A stretch of 63,899 nt of DNA, the filler included, from Octopus bimaculoides (taxonomy: Eukaryota): the NCBI RefSeq assembly GCF_001194135.2. It is 7 parts of 6 records of this genome, joined end to end, with 100 filler letters (N's around TTAATTAATTAA, not from the genome) between each part and the next. Parts side by side here need not be neighbours in the genome. Positions count along the whole stretch, not along the records: positions 40,305 to 61,283 come from NC_069001.1; positions 61,384 to 63,899 come from NW_026401117.1; 5 more parts are not named here. One strand, written 5' to 3'. The position numbers and the translations under genes were made by a program. Below the pieces are notes generated by a model. That model was given only the letters and a program-made list of their open reading frames with translations. It was not told the origin of the DNA and made no database searches. Of the stretch, positions 52,051-63,899 are shown piece by piece (position 1 is the stretch's first letter; every line of letters begins with the position of its first letter).

Positions 52051-53314
52051 TATATGTATGCATTATTTATTTCCCCTGTTCGGTTTTGTAAGTCAAGTGA
52101 AAATAATCGGGTTAGATTCTGAACGTTTCCTTGCTAACTACGCACAAGTATTGGGTTAAATGACTTTATTATCAAATTATATGACATTATCTGTCCCGCC
52201 GTATAACATGTTGCAACATTACTATTAATTTACTGTGCTTTATGTCTTTATGCTTTGTTATTCTACCGTTCTTTTCTCGTCTTCCATATTCTGTATCTCT
52301 CTCATTCTCTATTTATCTATCTCTATCTATCTATCTCTCTCTCGCTCTCTCTCTCTCTCTTTCAGTCGTAGAAATTCTCTCGTAAATTTTTTCTCATCCC
52401 TTGTGGCTATCAATTATTCTCACTTCCTCTCGATGCTTCTCTATCTTGCACTTACTCTGAGCCACTACGTATGTATATATGTTTACATAAAAACCTACAA
52501 GCATGCATACATACATACATGCATGCAACTATTCATACATGCACACGTATATTTATATATGTATTTATACTCACACACACACTTATACATATATATTTAT
52601 ACACACACACATATATATAAATATATACATATATATGTATATGTATGTTTATATGTATGTGTTGCTATGCACTTTTACAGTATTGTACATATCCTTGTGT
52701 ACATAAGTATATTTATAAGCATGCGTTTGGATAATTATCATTCGAATACTACATATGCGTTATATGCCATTTTGTATTTCTTTCTTTGAGTTCTCTAACA
52801 TTTATTGTCCAACAACTATTATTGAAATATTTCTAAATGTAAGACCAATTCTTTCCTGATAATTATTATAGCCATATTCTTTAAATATCAAAGAGTTGTA
52901 CTCTTTTTTTTATCATTATCCTCGTTTATTATTTTTGCTTCATATTACGGTTCGATTTTCTCTGACCATGATGTGCAGTTGGTAGACTCTTTAGCCAATA
53001 TATTAAAACGATTGTAACAGATTGACATTTGTTTGATAATCGATACAGTAAACCTTGATCGATGAATGGCGTAGATTTAATCGGCCGCATTTTAACACCA
53101 AATTATGGTTATACGTTTGATGCTGTTCATCCACCCATCGAACATCTTCAACTGTGTAAAATATAAGAATTAGCAAAAAGACAGACGATTAACTCTCCGA
53201 TAAATTTACATTTAGCGGGTTCGCTTAGTAGCACGACAAAATAACAGACGGGCGATACGATCATGGAATTAGAAAAAAGCACCACTATCATTCAGTAACT
53301 ATATCGATACTAAC

Positions 53315-53336
53315 CGCGTAAATCTTTCATTGTTGT
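53315..53336 (-). CDS. Candidate microexon (22 nt, phase 0 to 1): TTMKDLR
   Basis: Acceptor gtttatctctgcag|, donor GCG|gttagt; bridges the 54283 and 48323 exons in phase. Confidence 0.3.
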
Positions 53337-54282
53337 CTGCAGAGATAAACTTGTAATTGAAACAAAGGAAATATATTGGGTCTTCCCATAAATAATGCGT
53401 TTTTTTTTTCAATTGCATGAACTCAAATTCGGAGGGGGACAGAATAAACTACCTGCATCAACTTGCTATAATTGCAGGTATTAATATTACCTTGTACTTA
53501 TTCTTAGTGTAAGTTTTGAAGAGTGCAGTTCCATTTTAACAGTTATTTCTGCAAACTTATAATGGAAATGACAAAGGTACATATTCAGCACAATTTGCTT
53601 TATGGGTTTAATAAAGACAACAACACAACGAAAAGTGAAAGGAATATTAATGTAGTATATAAGGACAGTAAGCGTAAACCTTACGATCTTGAACCAGATA
53701 CCTTAGACACTAAGCGCCGCGTCCCCAGTGGACACTGATAGATATTTATGGAAGGAGACGCTACGAATTCTTCTCCGCTCCACTACTCCTCCATTTGAAA
53801 ACACGCTTTTTCATTGCTTCAGACATATGAACCTTTACTCAAAGGACGTAACAATTCTCTCTTCACTTTGAAAGCAATTAAGTCTTTCACACAAGAAATT
53901 TCATACTAAAATTACGATAATATCAGAAGTAATTTATTCACCGCATTAACAAATCTGACAATTTGCAACGTGTGTATTTTGATGGCTTCAACAGTACTCG
54001 ATCACAAATATTTCACCTTATGCCACTGGCTCTCCGTCGGTTACGATGAGGATAGGATCATCACTCTCTGAAATGGGGAGAGCGTCTTCCCATTTCTTTC
54101 TCGTAACACTGAAAGTAATTTCTAAAAGATAAGTGGTCTGGGAAGGAGGGATAAAGTTCGTAGTAAGGGCCTTGCTCGGTGGTCTAGGAATATTGCAGGG
54201 GACCTAAAAGGGAGAGATGAATGAGCCGGGTAGCATGAGATCTGTCGTCTGGGAAGAGATGGTCACCAATGGAACAACATAC

Positions 54283-54373
54283 ATTATAGATCTGGTTCTT
54301 CGTAAAAAGATGTAATCTTTTCTTAAGTAGCACTTCGTTTATTTCATTAACAAATTTCAGTTTTTTCCAAGCC
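54283..54373 (-). CDS. Candidate exon (91 nt, phase 2 to 0): AWKKLKFVNEINEVLLKKRLHLFTKNQIYN
   Basis: Acceptor ggtctttttacag|, donor AAT|gtatgt; lies within an 89-aa ORF in the track. Confidence 0.4.
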
Positions 54374-55622
54374 CTGTAAAAAGACCTAGAAGGTTGCGCT
54401 TCCAACCAAGCCTTTCGTGGTGCCCTTAAACCCAGGAACCTTTCAGCACCCACTCATTGTACCCATATATTTATTCGGAGATGAGAATTTGAGTCAACAT
54501 CGCTTTAAACCTTATGCTGAGTACATTGTGTATTTAAGGCATGCAGCCTTGGTTGAAAATGTAAACATGTATTTGCCATATTCGTAATGTAATTATATGT
54601 GCCTTCGTGCATGCGTCTGTAAGTGTGTCTGTATATGCCTGTGTGTGTGTGTGTGTGTATATGCATATATGTGTGTCTGTATATGCTTGTGTGTGTATAT
54701 GCATGTATGTGTGTCTGTGTGTTTGTGCGTAACAAAATATTTGATTGATTAAACTTTACAGCCATCCGTTTATGTGATTATACGTCTATGTGGAGTTTCA
54801 TATGGAACAATAAAACTGCACTTCCATGTTATTGTAAGCGCAGTGATAAATAACATTAAACTACACTGCTGGAAAGCAGTAAACAACTGAGATACTTACT
54901 TAGCTTGGTATTAATTGAAATATTAGGTTGAAAGGCAAATAAATTCACCATTGTTTAGCAAGTAGTTTCATTCTGTGCACAACACAGCGGACTACATTAG
55001 AATACACTTTACTATAATTTATATATTATTTTATTTCTTACTATTTTAATATATATATATATATTTTATTTATTGTGTGTGTTTTCTTTGTTTTTCATAG
55101 AATTCACCAAGAATTACACGCATAACACACAGAAAGAAAAGAAAAAGGGTGGGGGTGGGGGAAAAAGCACTGACTGTTGGAAATATTTTTGCTGAAACAA
55201 TGAAATCTTTAGAGAGATCTCGAAACAAATACTGTTCATGTCACACGACTGATACTTCTTTGTGAATATGATGAAATTAAACAGAAAACAAAATAACAGT
55301 AAACACAGTTGAAATGCAATAATTTATTATGTCTGCAAAGGAAATTGTGTTTCATATAATTTGCCATGCTTTGCTATGCTTTTGCTTCGTTTGCCTTTCT
55401 TTCCAATGAAATCAGACATCACAAAACACAAAAATGAAATATATAAATAAATATAAATTATAATAAAATCAACTCGTTTACAACCAAGTAAATTGGATGC
55501 GAAACAAACGAGTGATAGGATGCAGAACATATGAAATAGAATAACTACTAAACTGTCAAATTGCACTATTAATTAGAATATATGTTATGTAGGTACTTAA
55601 TTGCAATGTATGTGTGTGTATG

Positions 55623-55667
<45 letters not shown>

Positions 55668-55710
55668 ATATATATATATGTATATTTGTGTGTGTATATA
55701 TATGTATATT

Positions 55711-55745
<35 letters not shown>

Positions 55746-56135
55746 TTGTGTGTGTGTACTTCAGTATTTTGATATGTGAGAACTCTTGATATTAATGTGT
55801 GTGTGTGTGTTTGCATATTTTAATCATACTGTTTTCATGTAAAATTCTACAAAGGTAACAAAAGAAAAAAGAAAAAGAAACAGCTGAATAATAAAAAAAA
55901 AACTGCGACATAAATGAGATTTGAACTCGTGTCTCTTTTGTGGACTCCATATATGTGTATTTACAGAATTCTTACAGTATTACGCTATCACTCCTAAAAA
56001 GATTTCCCTTCTATTCCTTTTCCTTTTTTTTTTATTTGAGAGTTTTATCCTATTTCCACCTTGTATACTTGCACAAAAACAAGGTTTACCTTGTAAACAC
56101 ACACACACACACACGCACCACCCAATTGATATCTA

Positions 56136-56362
56136 GGGCGGCGAGCTGGCAGAATCGTTAGCACGCCAGGCGAAATGCTTAGCGGTGTTTCGTCTGCCGT
56201 TACGTTCTGAGTTCAAATTCCGCCGAGGTCGACTCTGTCTTTCATCCTTTCGGGGTCAATTAAATGAGTACCAGTTACGCACTGGAGTCGATGTAATCGA
56301 CTTAATCCGTTTGTCTTTATTTATCCCTTCTAAGTTTAGCCCTTTGTGAGCAATAAAGAAAT
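56136..56362 (+). mobile_element. Full-length family A SINE
   Basis: Complete head ggcggcgagctggcagaatcgttagcacgcc, core, and tail ending gcaataaagaaat. Confidence 0.92.
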
Positions 56363-56506
56363 ATTTATGCGCTTTAGGTATTGCTATATGTAATTGAGAG
56401 CCTCCACTTCAAAATAAATATACATACATACATACACGCATACATACATGTATGTATATATACATATATATACACACACATAGATGTGTGTGTGTATTAT
56501 TTTGTG

Positions 56507-56875
56507 GGGGAGCAATGGCCCGCTCGTTAGGGCAGTGGACTCGCTGTCGTAGGTCGCGGTTTCGATTCCCAGACCGGGCGTTGTGTGTGTTTATTGAACG
56601 AAACACTTAAATCGCCACGAGGCTCCGGCAGGGGATGGTGGCGAACCCTGCCGTACTCTTTCACCACAACTTTCTCTCACTCTTACTTCCTGTTTCTGCT
56701 GTACCTGTATTTCAAAGGGTCAGCCTTGTCACATTCTGTGTCACGCTGAATATCCCCGAGAACTACGTTAAGGGTACACGTGTCTGTGGAGTGCTCAGCC
56801 ACTTGCACGTTAATTTCACGAGCAGGCTGTTCTGTTGATCGGATCAACTGGAACCCTCAACGTCTTAACTGTCGT
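56507..56875 (+). mobile_element. Full-length family D SINE
   Basis: tRNA-like head gagcaatggccc..ttagggcagtggactcg..ggtttcgattccc, long body, tail gatcggatcaactggaaccctc. Homologous copies at 60300-60665(-) and 63785-63899(-). Confidence 0.9.
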
Positions 56876-58072
56876 AGTAATATACATATACTTACATAAA
56901 TACATATATGTATTTTATGTGTATAGTAATTACATAAACACTAATTGGCGTATATGTGAAGGTGACTGAACTTACGACCGTGAGCTTATGAGTTCGATTC
57001 CCGGACCGGGCTTCGTGTTGTGTTCTTGAGCACGACAATTATTTTCATGTTGCTCCAGTTAACTCGGCTGTAGAAATGAGTTGCGACATCACTGGTGGCA
57101 AACTGTATCGGCCCTTGCTTTTCCCTTTGATAACATCCGTGGAGAGTGGAGGCTGGTATGCATATCCTCTACTCTGATAATAACGGGATGTTTTTTTTGT
57201 TTTTCTTTTCACTAGAGTAACCTCAAAATTACATCGTCTTCCTCACTTCATCCCAGACTTATAACAAATAACAAATACTAAGATCTCCCCCCGCTTTTTT
57301 TTCAGTGTCTGAGATCCTGCAAAAGATCACGATGGAAAGTATATTTTGCAATGAAAAAGCCATGAGAAAAGTATTGAAATACAAACACGTGACTACGTAA
57401 ATTACGCTGACTCGAGACTTGAAAATTAGGCTTCAGAATTACACTCAAAAACATTTCAGCTGAATCGTGTTTTTAACCGAATTAAACAGCGAAATTATTT
57501 CATATTTGAAATATAGTTATTTTGTTGGAGTTTCTTTCATATTTTTGAATATCAAATATCAGGTTTCTTTCTTTATACGTATAGACATTTTCATACGATT
57601 TTCTTCGCTTAGTTTTTAATATTTTTGGAAGAGTTTTGCTTCTATATTTTCTTTTCTCCGTTCTTATATATTCTAATTAAAATACTTTCAACATCAATGT
57701 TATACGTAATTATACATAAGCATTAGGATTTTGCTTTAGTATATTGAGGTCTTTTTTTTTAATTATTCTTATTATTTTTAATATTTTTTTTTTTATTTGT
57801 TTCCCTCGACACATTTTCGTCTGAAATATTTACTCAATTATTCCATTGCTATTTCTATATATATAAATAAAATCTAATTAGAGGTCGAATGAGACCTACA
57901 TTTATGAGATTCCTCTCGTTTGGTTCCCCAGCAGGATGTGACCACCGAGCAAATCTATAAAAACTTCCCAGCTGGACCACCTAATATTATTGTATATCCA
58001 TAAATCGGTTGATTATCCAGTTCATTCTTTTAGGATCTTATATATATGTATGTATGTATGTATGTGTATATG

Positions 58073-58621
58073 CGAGGGTGAGTCAAAAGGTAATGCCATT
58101 TTGTTTAGGACATGAATAATTACCAACACAGGAACATGTAGCATACATCAAAATGAAGCTGATCCTCTATGGACCACATCCCTACTTCTCAATATACTCA
58201 CCGTTTCTCTCAATAGCGATGTTCCACCTTCGAATGAGCGCATGTATCCTTGCCCCCGAAAAATTCTATTGACTGTTCTTTGAGCCACTTCTTCACTACA
58301 GTTTTCACTTCCTCGTCACTGGATTATCATCTCTTCGGCCCCATGAAAGAGAGTTTGAGAGGCAAACATTATTCCAGTGATGAGGAAGTGAAAACTGTAT
58401 TAAAGAAATGGCTCAAAGAACAGTGAACAGAATTTTACGGAACAGGGATACATGCCCTCATTTGAAGGTGGAACATTGCTATTGAGAGAAACGGTGACTA
58501 TGTTGAGAAGTAGGAATGCGACCCACAGAGGACCAGCTTTATTTTGATGTATGATACATGTTCCTGCGTTGGTAATTATACCTGTCCTAAATAAAATGGC
58601 ATTACTTTTTGACTCACTATC

Positions 58622-58622
<1 letters not shown>
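58073..58622. mobile_element. Foldback mariner derivative: two inverted copies of the element 3' end
   Basis: Arms 58073-58323 and 58373-58622 are reverse complements with scattered mismatches, separated by a 49-nt spacer. The + strand reads DYHLFGPMKESLRGKHYSSDEEVKTVLKKWLKEQ*TEFY.TGIHALI*RWNIAIERNGDYVEK*, a mariner C-terminus. TA on the right flank. Confidence 0.92.
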
Positions 58623-58663
<41 letters not shown>

Positions 58664-60299
58664 GACGGGCTCATTTCTGCTTCCGTCAACCAAATCCACT
58701 CACAAGGTTTTGGTCAGCCCCAGGCTGTGTAGTAGAAGACACAAGACATTTGCCCAAGGTGTCGCGCAGTGAGATTGAACCCGGAACTATGTGGTTGAGA
58801 TGCAAGCTTCTTATCACAGAGCCACGCCTGCGCTTATATTATATAGAGAAAATAACAGCTGCGATGGTCGCGACTTGCTTTTATCATATGTCTGATTCAA
58901 AGATGATAGAAACACCACTTAGCGACAAGAATGATCACAAAAAGAATAAATTTGATATATAAAATGTATAGATGTACATAGGATCGAAACACATAAATAT
59001 TGGGTTATAACGTCGAAGGGTTCAGTGTATCCAACATGTTTCTACGCCTCAAATATAACTTATTTAGTAAAACCAATACCACTCTCATGCATTATGTTTG
59101 TGAATTATATTTTATGCCAAACAGCATGTCGAGAAGAAGTGTTTGCAGTTGAAAAGCTTTTGAACATAGGTTTGTTCAGAGCTCAGGTGGAACAGCCATC
59201 GATGGGATTGTGAGATGAATTCATTCGCTTTTTGGGTACTTATTTTTCAACCCTTTTCTTAATACTTTAATTTGAATTTAATTCAAAACAAAATCGTTAT
59301 CGTTGTGTTTTATTGTGCTTCTTTTCTCTTTTGTTTTTGAAAGCTTTATTCTTCCTCTCAACAAGTTTTCTTTATCGTTTGTGAAATTTAAAATCAATTT
59401 TACCTTTATTCTGATATTTTACGATGGAGTCCCAAATTAGAAAAAATCAAACGAACGAATTTTTCTGACAACTGAATATACACTCTATTATCTGTATAAT
59501 ATGGATGATGAAGTAATAGACAACTGACATAGGGCAAATTTCTGCGTTCCCGTTCGACCTGCTAGACATAACAACTCCATCTCCCAAATATCAAAACCTT
59601 TATCTTCTTCGAAAATAATATTCACACACACAAACACTCACTCCGTTACCAGTTTCCAGATGCACAAAAATATGAGGTGGGCACAGTTGGATACTATTTG
59701 ATCATAAGTCTTCTTCAGCAGGCCCGACCCGCACCTACGCACAGCAACAACAACAACAATAAATTCTAAAACAACAACGATAACGTGACCTATTGATTAT
59801 CTGAATAACTTCAAGTCGTCAGCACTCTTTTGATAAAAACCGTTTGTCCAGCTTTCACTGTTAAATTGCTTGTCTTCTTCCATAATTAGTCCTATACAAT
59901 ACTACAATATGTACTAATTGTAGCGGACAACTATTAGTGTAAATTATAATTTTGCAATGCAATATATTTGATAATGGAATAAAATAAATGAATTCAAATT
60001 GGAAAATGAAATGACAAGAATGGTGCAATGAAGTGAAATGCCGTGAAAATAGACTGATTTCAATAAGACTATTACTACAATTTATTTATTTCTTTATTCT
60101 ACATAGAAGTATGAATAAATAGATTTAATTGCTTAACAGTTCAGTGTTCAGTAGTATCGATCAACGGGTTAGCAGCCCTATCGGTTTTTTAGTGGAAGAA
60201 GTAGTTAATGATATCGATACCCGTACTCGACTGGCGCATATTTTATCAATTCTGCAAGATCGACGTCTTTCAGGTGTGAGTCGAGTTCGTACATCCAAG

Positions 60300-60665
60300 C
60301 ATTGCTAGCACTCCGTCGGTTGCGACGTCGAGGGTTCCAGTTGATCCAATCGGAATAGCTTGCTCGTGAAATTAACGTGCAAGTGGCTGAGCACTCCAGA
60401 CACGTGTACCCTTAACGTAGTTCTCGGGTATAATCAGTGTGACAAGGCTGACCCTTTGAATTACAGGCACAACAGAAACAAGAAGTAAGAGTGAGAGAAA
60501 GTCGGTGCGAAAGAGTACAACAGGGTGTCGTCACCATCCCCTGCCGGAGCCTCGTGGGGCTTTTAGGTGTTTTCGCTCAATAAATACTCACAACGCCCGG
60601 TCTGCGAATCGAAACCGCGATCCTATGATTGCGAGTCCGCTGCCCTAACGACAGGGTCATTGCGC
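60300..60665 (-). mobile_element. Full-length family D SINE
   Basis: Reverse-complement homologue of 56507-56875. Confidence 0.9.
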
Positions 60666-61019
60666 CTCCGCCATTAAACACTTCGTGTAGAGCTGCTACC
60701 GCTTTGTCTGACACTACATTGATTCTTGTTAACTGGCCAACAATGTGGTGTATACATTAATTTGTTCATGCCGGGGCGGTGAGCAGGCAGAATTTTTAGC
60801 ACGCCGGACAAAATGCTTGTTGATTACAAAATGCCAGTTGATTACAGGCATCAATATAATAGAGTGGTCCCTTCCAACCAAATTGAAAAGTCTTTAGACA
60901 GATAAATCGAGCTAAGTACGTTTTTCAAGCCTGATAATTATTCGTTCGCGTTCCTTTGCATAACAGTCAGTTTTCAGGGACTCAGACGCTAACACCGGTT
61001 GTCAACCAACCGTAGAGAA

Positions 61020-61066
<47 letters not shown>

Positions 61067-61817
61067 CTTGGCCTTTTGCTTAGGATCAAAGTGTATCATA
61101 CACACACACACACATAGACATATATGTATATACATATATGTATATATATCTATATATATATATATATACATGTATATATGCATATATATATACATGTATA
61201 TATGCATATATATATACATGTATATATGCATATATATATACATGTATGTATGTATATATATACATGTATGTATATATATATATNNNNNNNNNNNNNNNNN
61301 NNNNNNNNNNNNNNNNNNNNNNNNNNNTTAATTAATTAANNNNNNNNNNNNNNNNNNNNNNNNNNNNNNNNNNNNNNNNNNNNGCCCAAGGTGCCACGCA
61401 GTGGGACTGAACCCGGACCCATGTGGCTCGTAAGCAAGCTACTTACCACACAGCCACGCGCACACGCACACACAGACACACACACACACACACACACTCA
61501 CACGCATCTATACTGTATGACCGGCTTTTTAGGGTGTTGAATTCAAAATCTTATTTCAATTCCTGGAGCAAGGGGTGTGTTGTGTTCGTAAGCAAAACAC
61601 TTAATCTCACATTACTCTGTGAGCAAATTAACACATGACATGTGGTACACTATGCACCTGTTCAGACAACGGCGATTCAAAAGAGGAAATGAGCTCATGG
61701 TTTCGGGTTCAATCCGACTACGTGGCACCTTGGGCAAGTGTCTTCTACTATAGCCTCGGGCCGACCGACGCCTTGTGAGTGGATTTGGTAGACGGAAACT
61801 GAAAGAANNNNNNNNNN

Positions 61818-61859
<42 letters not shown>

Positions 61860-62258
61860 AATATAAATAATATATAAATATATGCATATATACAAACATA
61901 TATGTACATACCTACATATATATGTATATATACATGCACATATGAGTACAGAACATCAAAAAAACGTTAAACAATGAGAAACGAAAAAATAAAAACGAAA
62001 ACATAGAAAACGAACTTTTTTATATATATACGATGGGATTCTTTTAGTTTCAGTCTACTAAATCCATTCACATGGCTTTGGTTGGCCCAAGGCTATGGTA
62101 GAAGACACTTGCGCAAGGTGTCACGCAGTGGGACTGAACCCGGAGCCATGTGGTAGGAAAGCAAGCTTCTTACCACACAACCACACCTGCACCCATGTAT
62201 ATACATCTTGTCATGTTGGACCGTTGAACTCTGCACATTTTTCTCTCTCCATTTTTTT

Positions 62259-62297
62259 CCTCTTAATCCGAAGAGCGTAAGCTCGAAACGTAAAAGA
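62259..62297 (+). ncRNA. Degenerate hammerhead-like motif
   Basis: ...ccga-a-GAGC-gtaa-GCTC-GAAAC-GTA-aaag: intact stem II with GNRA loop and ACGT palindrome, but the CUGA core is mutated. Confidence 0.4.
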
Positions 62298-63304
62298 CTA
62301 TTCCATTTTTCCCATGCGATAAACTAATACATCTGCCTGTTGTTCCTACACCTGTTTTTGTTTTCGTATAAATTTNNNNNNNNNNNNNNNNNNNNNNNNN
62401 NNNNNNNNNNNNNNNNNNNNNNNNNNNNNNNNNNNNNNNNNNNNNNNNNNNNNNNNNNNNNNNNNNNNNNNNNNNNNNNNNNNNNNNNNNNNNNNNNNNN
62501 NNNNNNNNNNNNNNNNNNNNNNNNNNNNNNNNNNNNNNNNNNNNNNNNNNNNNNNNNNNNNNNNNNNNNNNNNNNNNNNNNNNNNNNNNNNNNNNNNNNN
62601 NNNNNNNNNNNNNNNNNNNNNNNNNNNNNNNNNNNNNNNNNNNNNNNNNNNNNNNNNNNNNNNNNNNNNNNNNNNNNNNNNNNNNNNNNNNNNNNNNNNN
62701 NNNNNNNNNNNNNNNNNNNNNNNNNNNNNNNNNNNNNNNNNNNNNNNNNNNNNNNNNNNNNNNNNNNNNNNNNNNNNNNNNNNNNNNNNNNNNNNNNNNN
62801 NNNNNNNNNNNNNNNNNNNNNNNNNNNNNNNNNNNNNNNNNNNNNNNNNNNNNNNNNNNNNNNNNNNNNNNNNNNNNNNNNNNNNNNNNNNNNNNNNNNN
62901 NNNNNNNNNNNNNNNNNNNNNNNNNNNNNNNNNNNNNNNNNNNNNNNNNNNNNNNNNNNNNNNNNNNNNNNNNNNNNNNNNNNNNNNNNNNNNNNNNNNN
63001 NNNNNNNNNNNNNNNNNNNNNNNNNNNNNNNNNNNNNNNNNNNNNNNNNNNNNNNNNNNNNNNNNNNNNNNNNNNNNNNNNNNNNNNNNNNNNNNNNNNN
63101 NNNNNNNNNNNNNNNNNNNNNNNNNNNNNNNNNNNNNNNNNNNNNNNNNNNNNNNNNNNNNNNNNNNNNNNNNNNNNNNNNNNNNNNNNNNNNNNNNNNN
63201 NNNNNNNNNNNNNNNNNNNNNNNNNNNNNNNNNNNNNNNNNNNNNNAATTAAAAGATTTCGATTAAAAAACATATATAAAATCAAATTGCCCATAAAAAT
63301 TATT

Positions 63305-63380
63305 TGCTGTCCACGGACCGACCCCCTGTCTTGTCCTTGCGGACCCCCTGTGGTCCGCGGACCACAGTTTGAAAACCCCT
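63305..63380. mobile_element. Terminal end of a hAT/Charlie-like MITE
   Basis: ggtccgcggaccacagtttgaaaacccctg resembles hAT MITE termini; the other end is probably in the gap. Confidence 0.5.
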
Positions 63381-63784
63381 GTCGTAGATTAATAATCCTC
63401 TAACATTCTTCTGCTACTGCCTGCAAGGTTAAATTTTGGTTCTGTTCTAATTTTGTTAATATCCGAGAATTTACATCGCCATCTTTGCCTGCAATAATCG
63501 TTTGAACAAAAATTAAACACGTGAACTCATTCAATTTGAATTTCTCACACTCCGTGTTAACCACTCAGGCATAGGTGACGAAATCTTCGTCATCTTTTTT
63601 GACCAAATTTAAACATTGCCAGTGAGTATTGGACAAAGAACTTCTTCCACTGAAAATGACCATTGGTTTCATAAATATTGTTGCTCTTAGCAATATAAGT
63701 GACTCGTCACTAAAGAGGTTACGTACCTCCACCAAGTAGCTCCTCGTAAGCCAATTTTAAAACGTAGTATTTGACTTCTCTTGT

Positions 63785-63899
63785 TGTTGTTGTTGGCACT
63801 CCGTCGCTTACGACGCCGAGGGTTCCAGTTGATCCGATCAACCGAACAGACCGCTCATGAAATTAACGTGCAAGTGGCTGAGCACTCCACAGACACGTG
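63785..63899 (-). mobile_element. Family D SINE 3' part, cut by the window edge, with (CAA)n tail
   Basis: ttgttgttgttgttggcactccgtcg...gagggttccagttgatccgatcaac...cacagacacgtg. Confidence 0.88.

Overview
Gappy, AT-rich, microsatellite-saturated eukaryotic DNA with no prokaryotic features. The dispersed repeat families suggest a coleoid cephalopod, probably Octopus; this is recognition from memory, not a database match. Most ORFs in the supplied track are artefacts of N-runs and (AT)/(AC)/(AG)/(ATAC) repeats. Supportable content: (1) phase-compatible GT-AG exon candidates on the minus strand (about 54.4 kb to 22.3 kb, possibly to 2 kb) encoding a multi-pass membrane protein I cannot name; (2) many copies of at least four tRNA-head SINE-like families, including tandem arrays with a recurrent junction; (3) dead mobile-element remnants: MULE, hAT, Tc1/mariner (one a 250-bp-arm foldback), RTE- and CR1-like LINE 3' ends, and a Gypsy-type LTR plus gag; (4) six degenerate minimal hammerhead-ribozyme-like motifs of the Penelope type, one inside the putative Gypsy LTR; (5) assembly artefacts. 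No single new system is demonstrated. The best leads are the hammerhead-bearing LTR, the SINE array junction, the foldback mariner and the unnamed gene with a dual-frame exon. All splice calls were made by eye.
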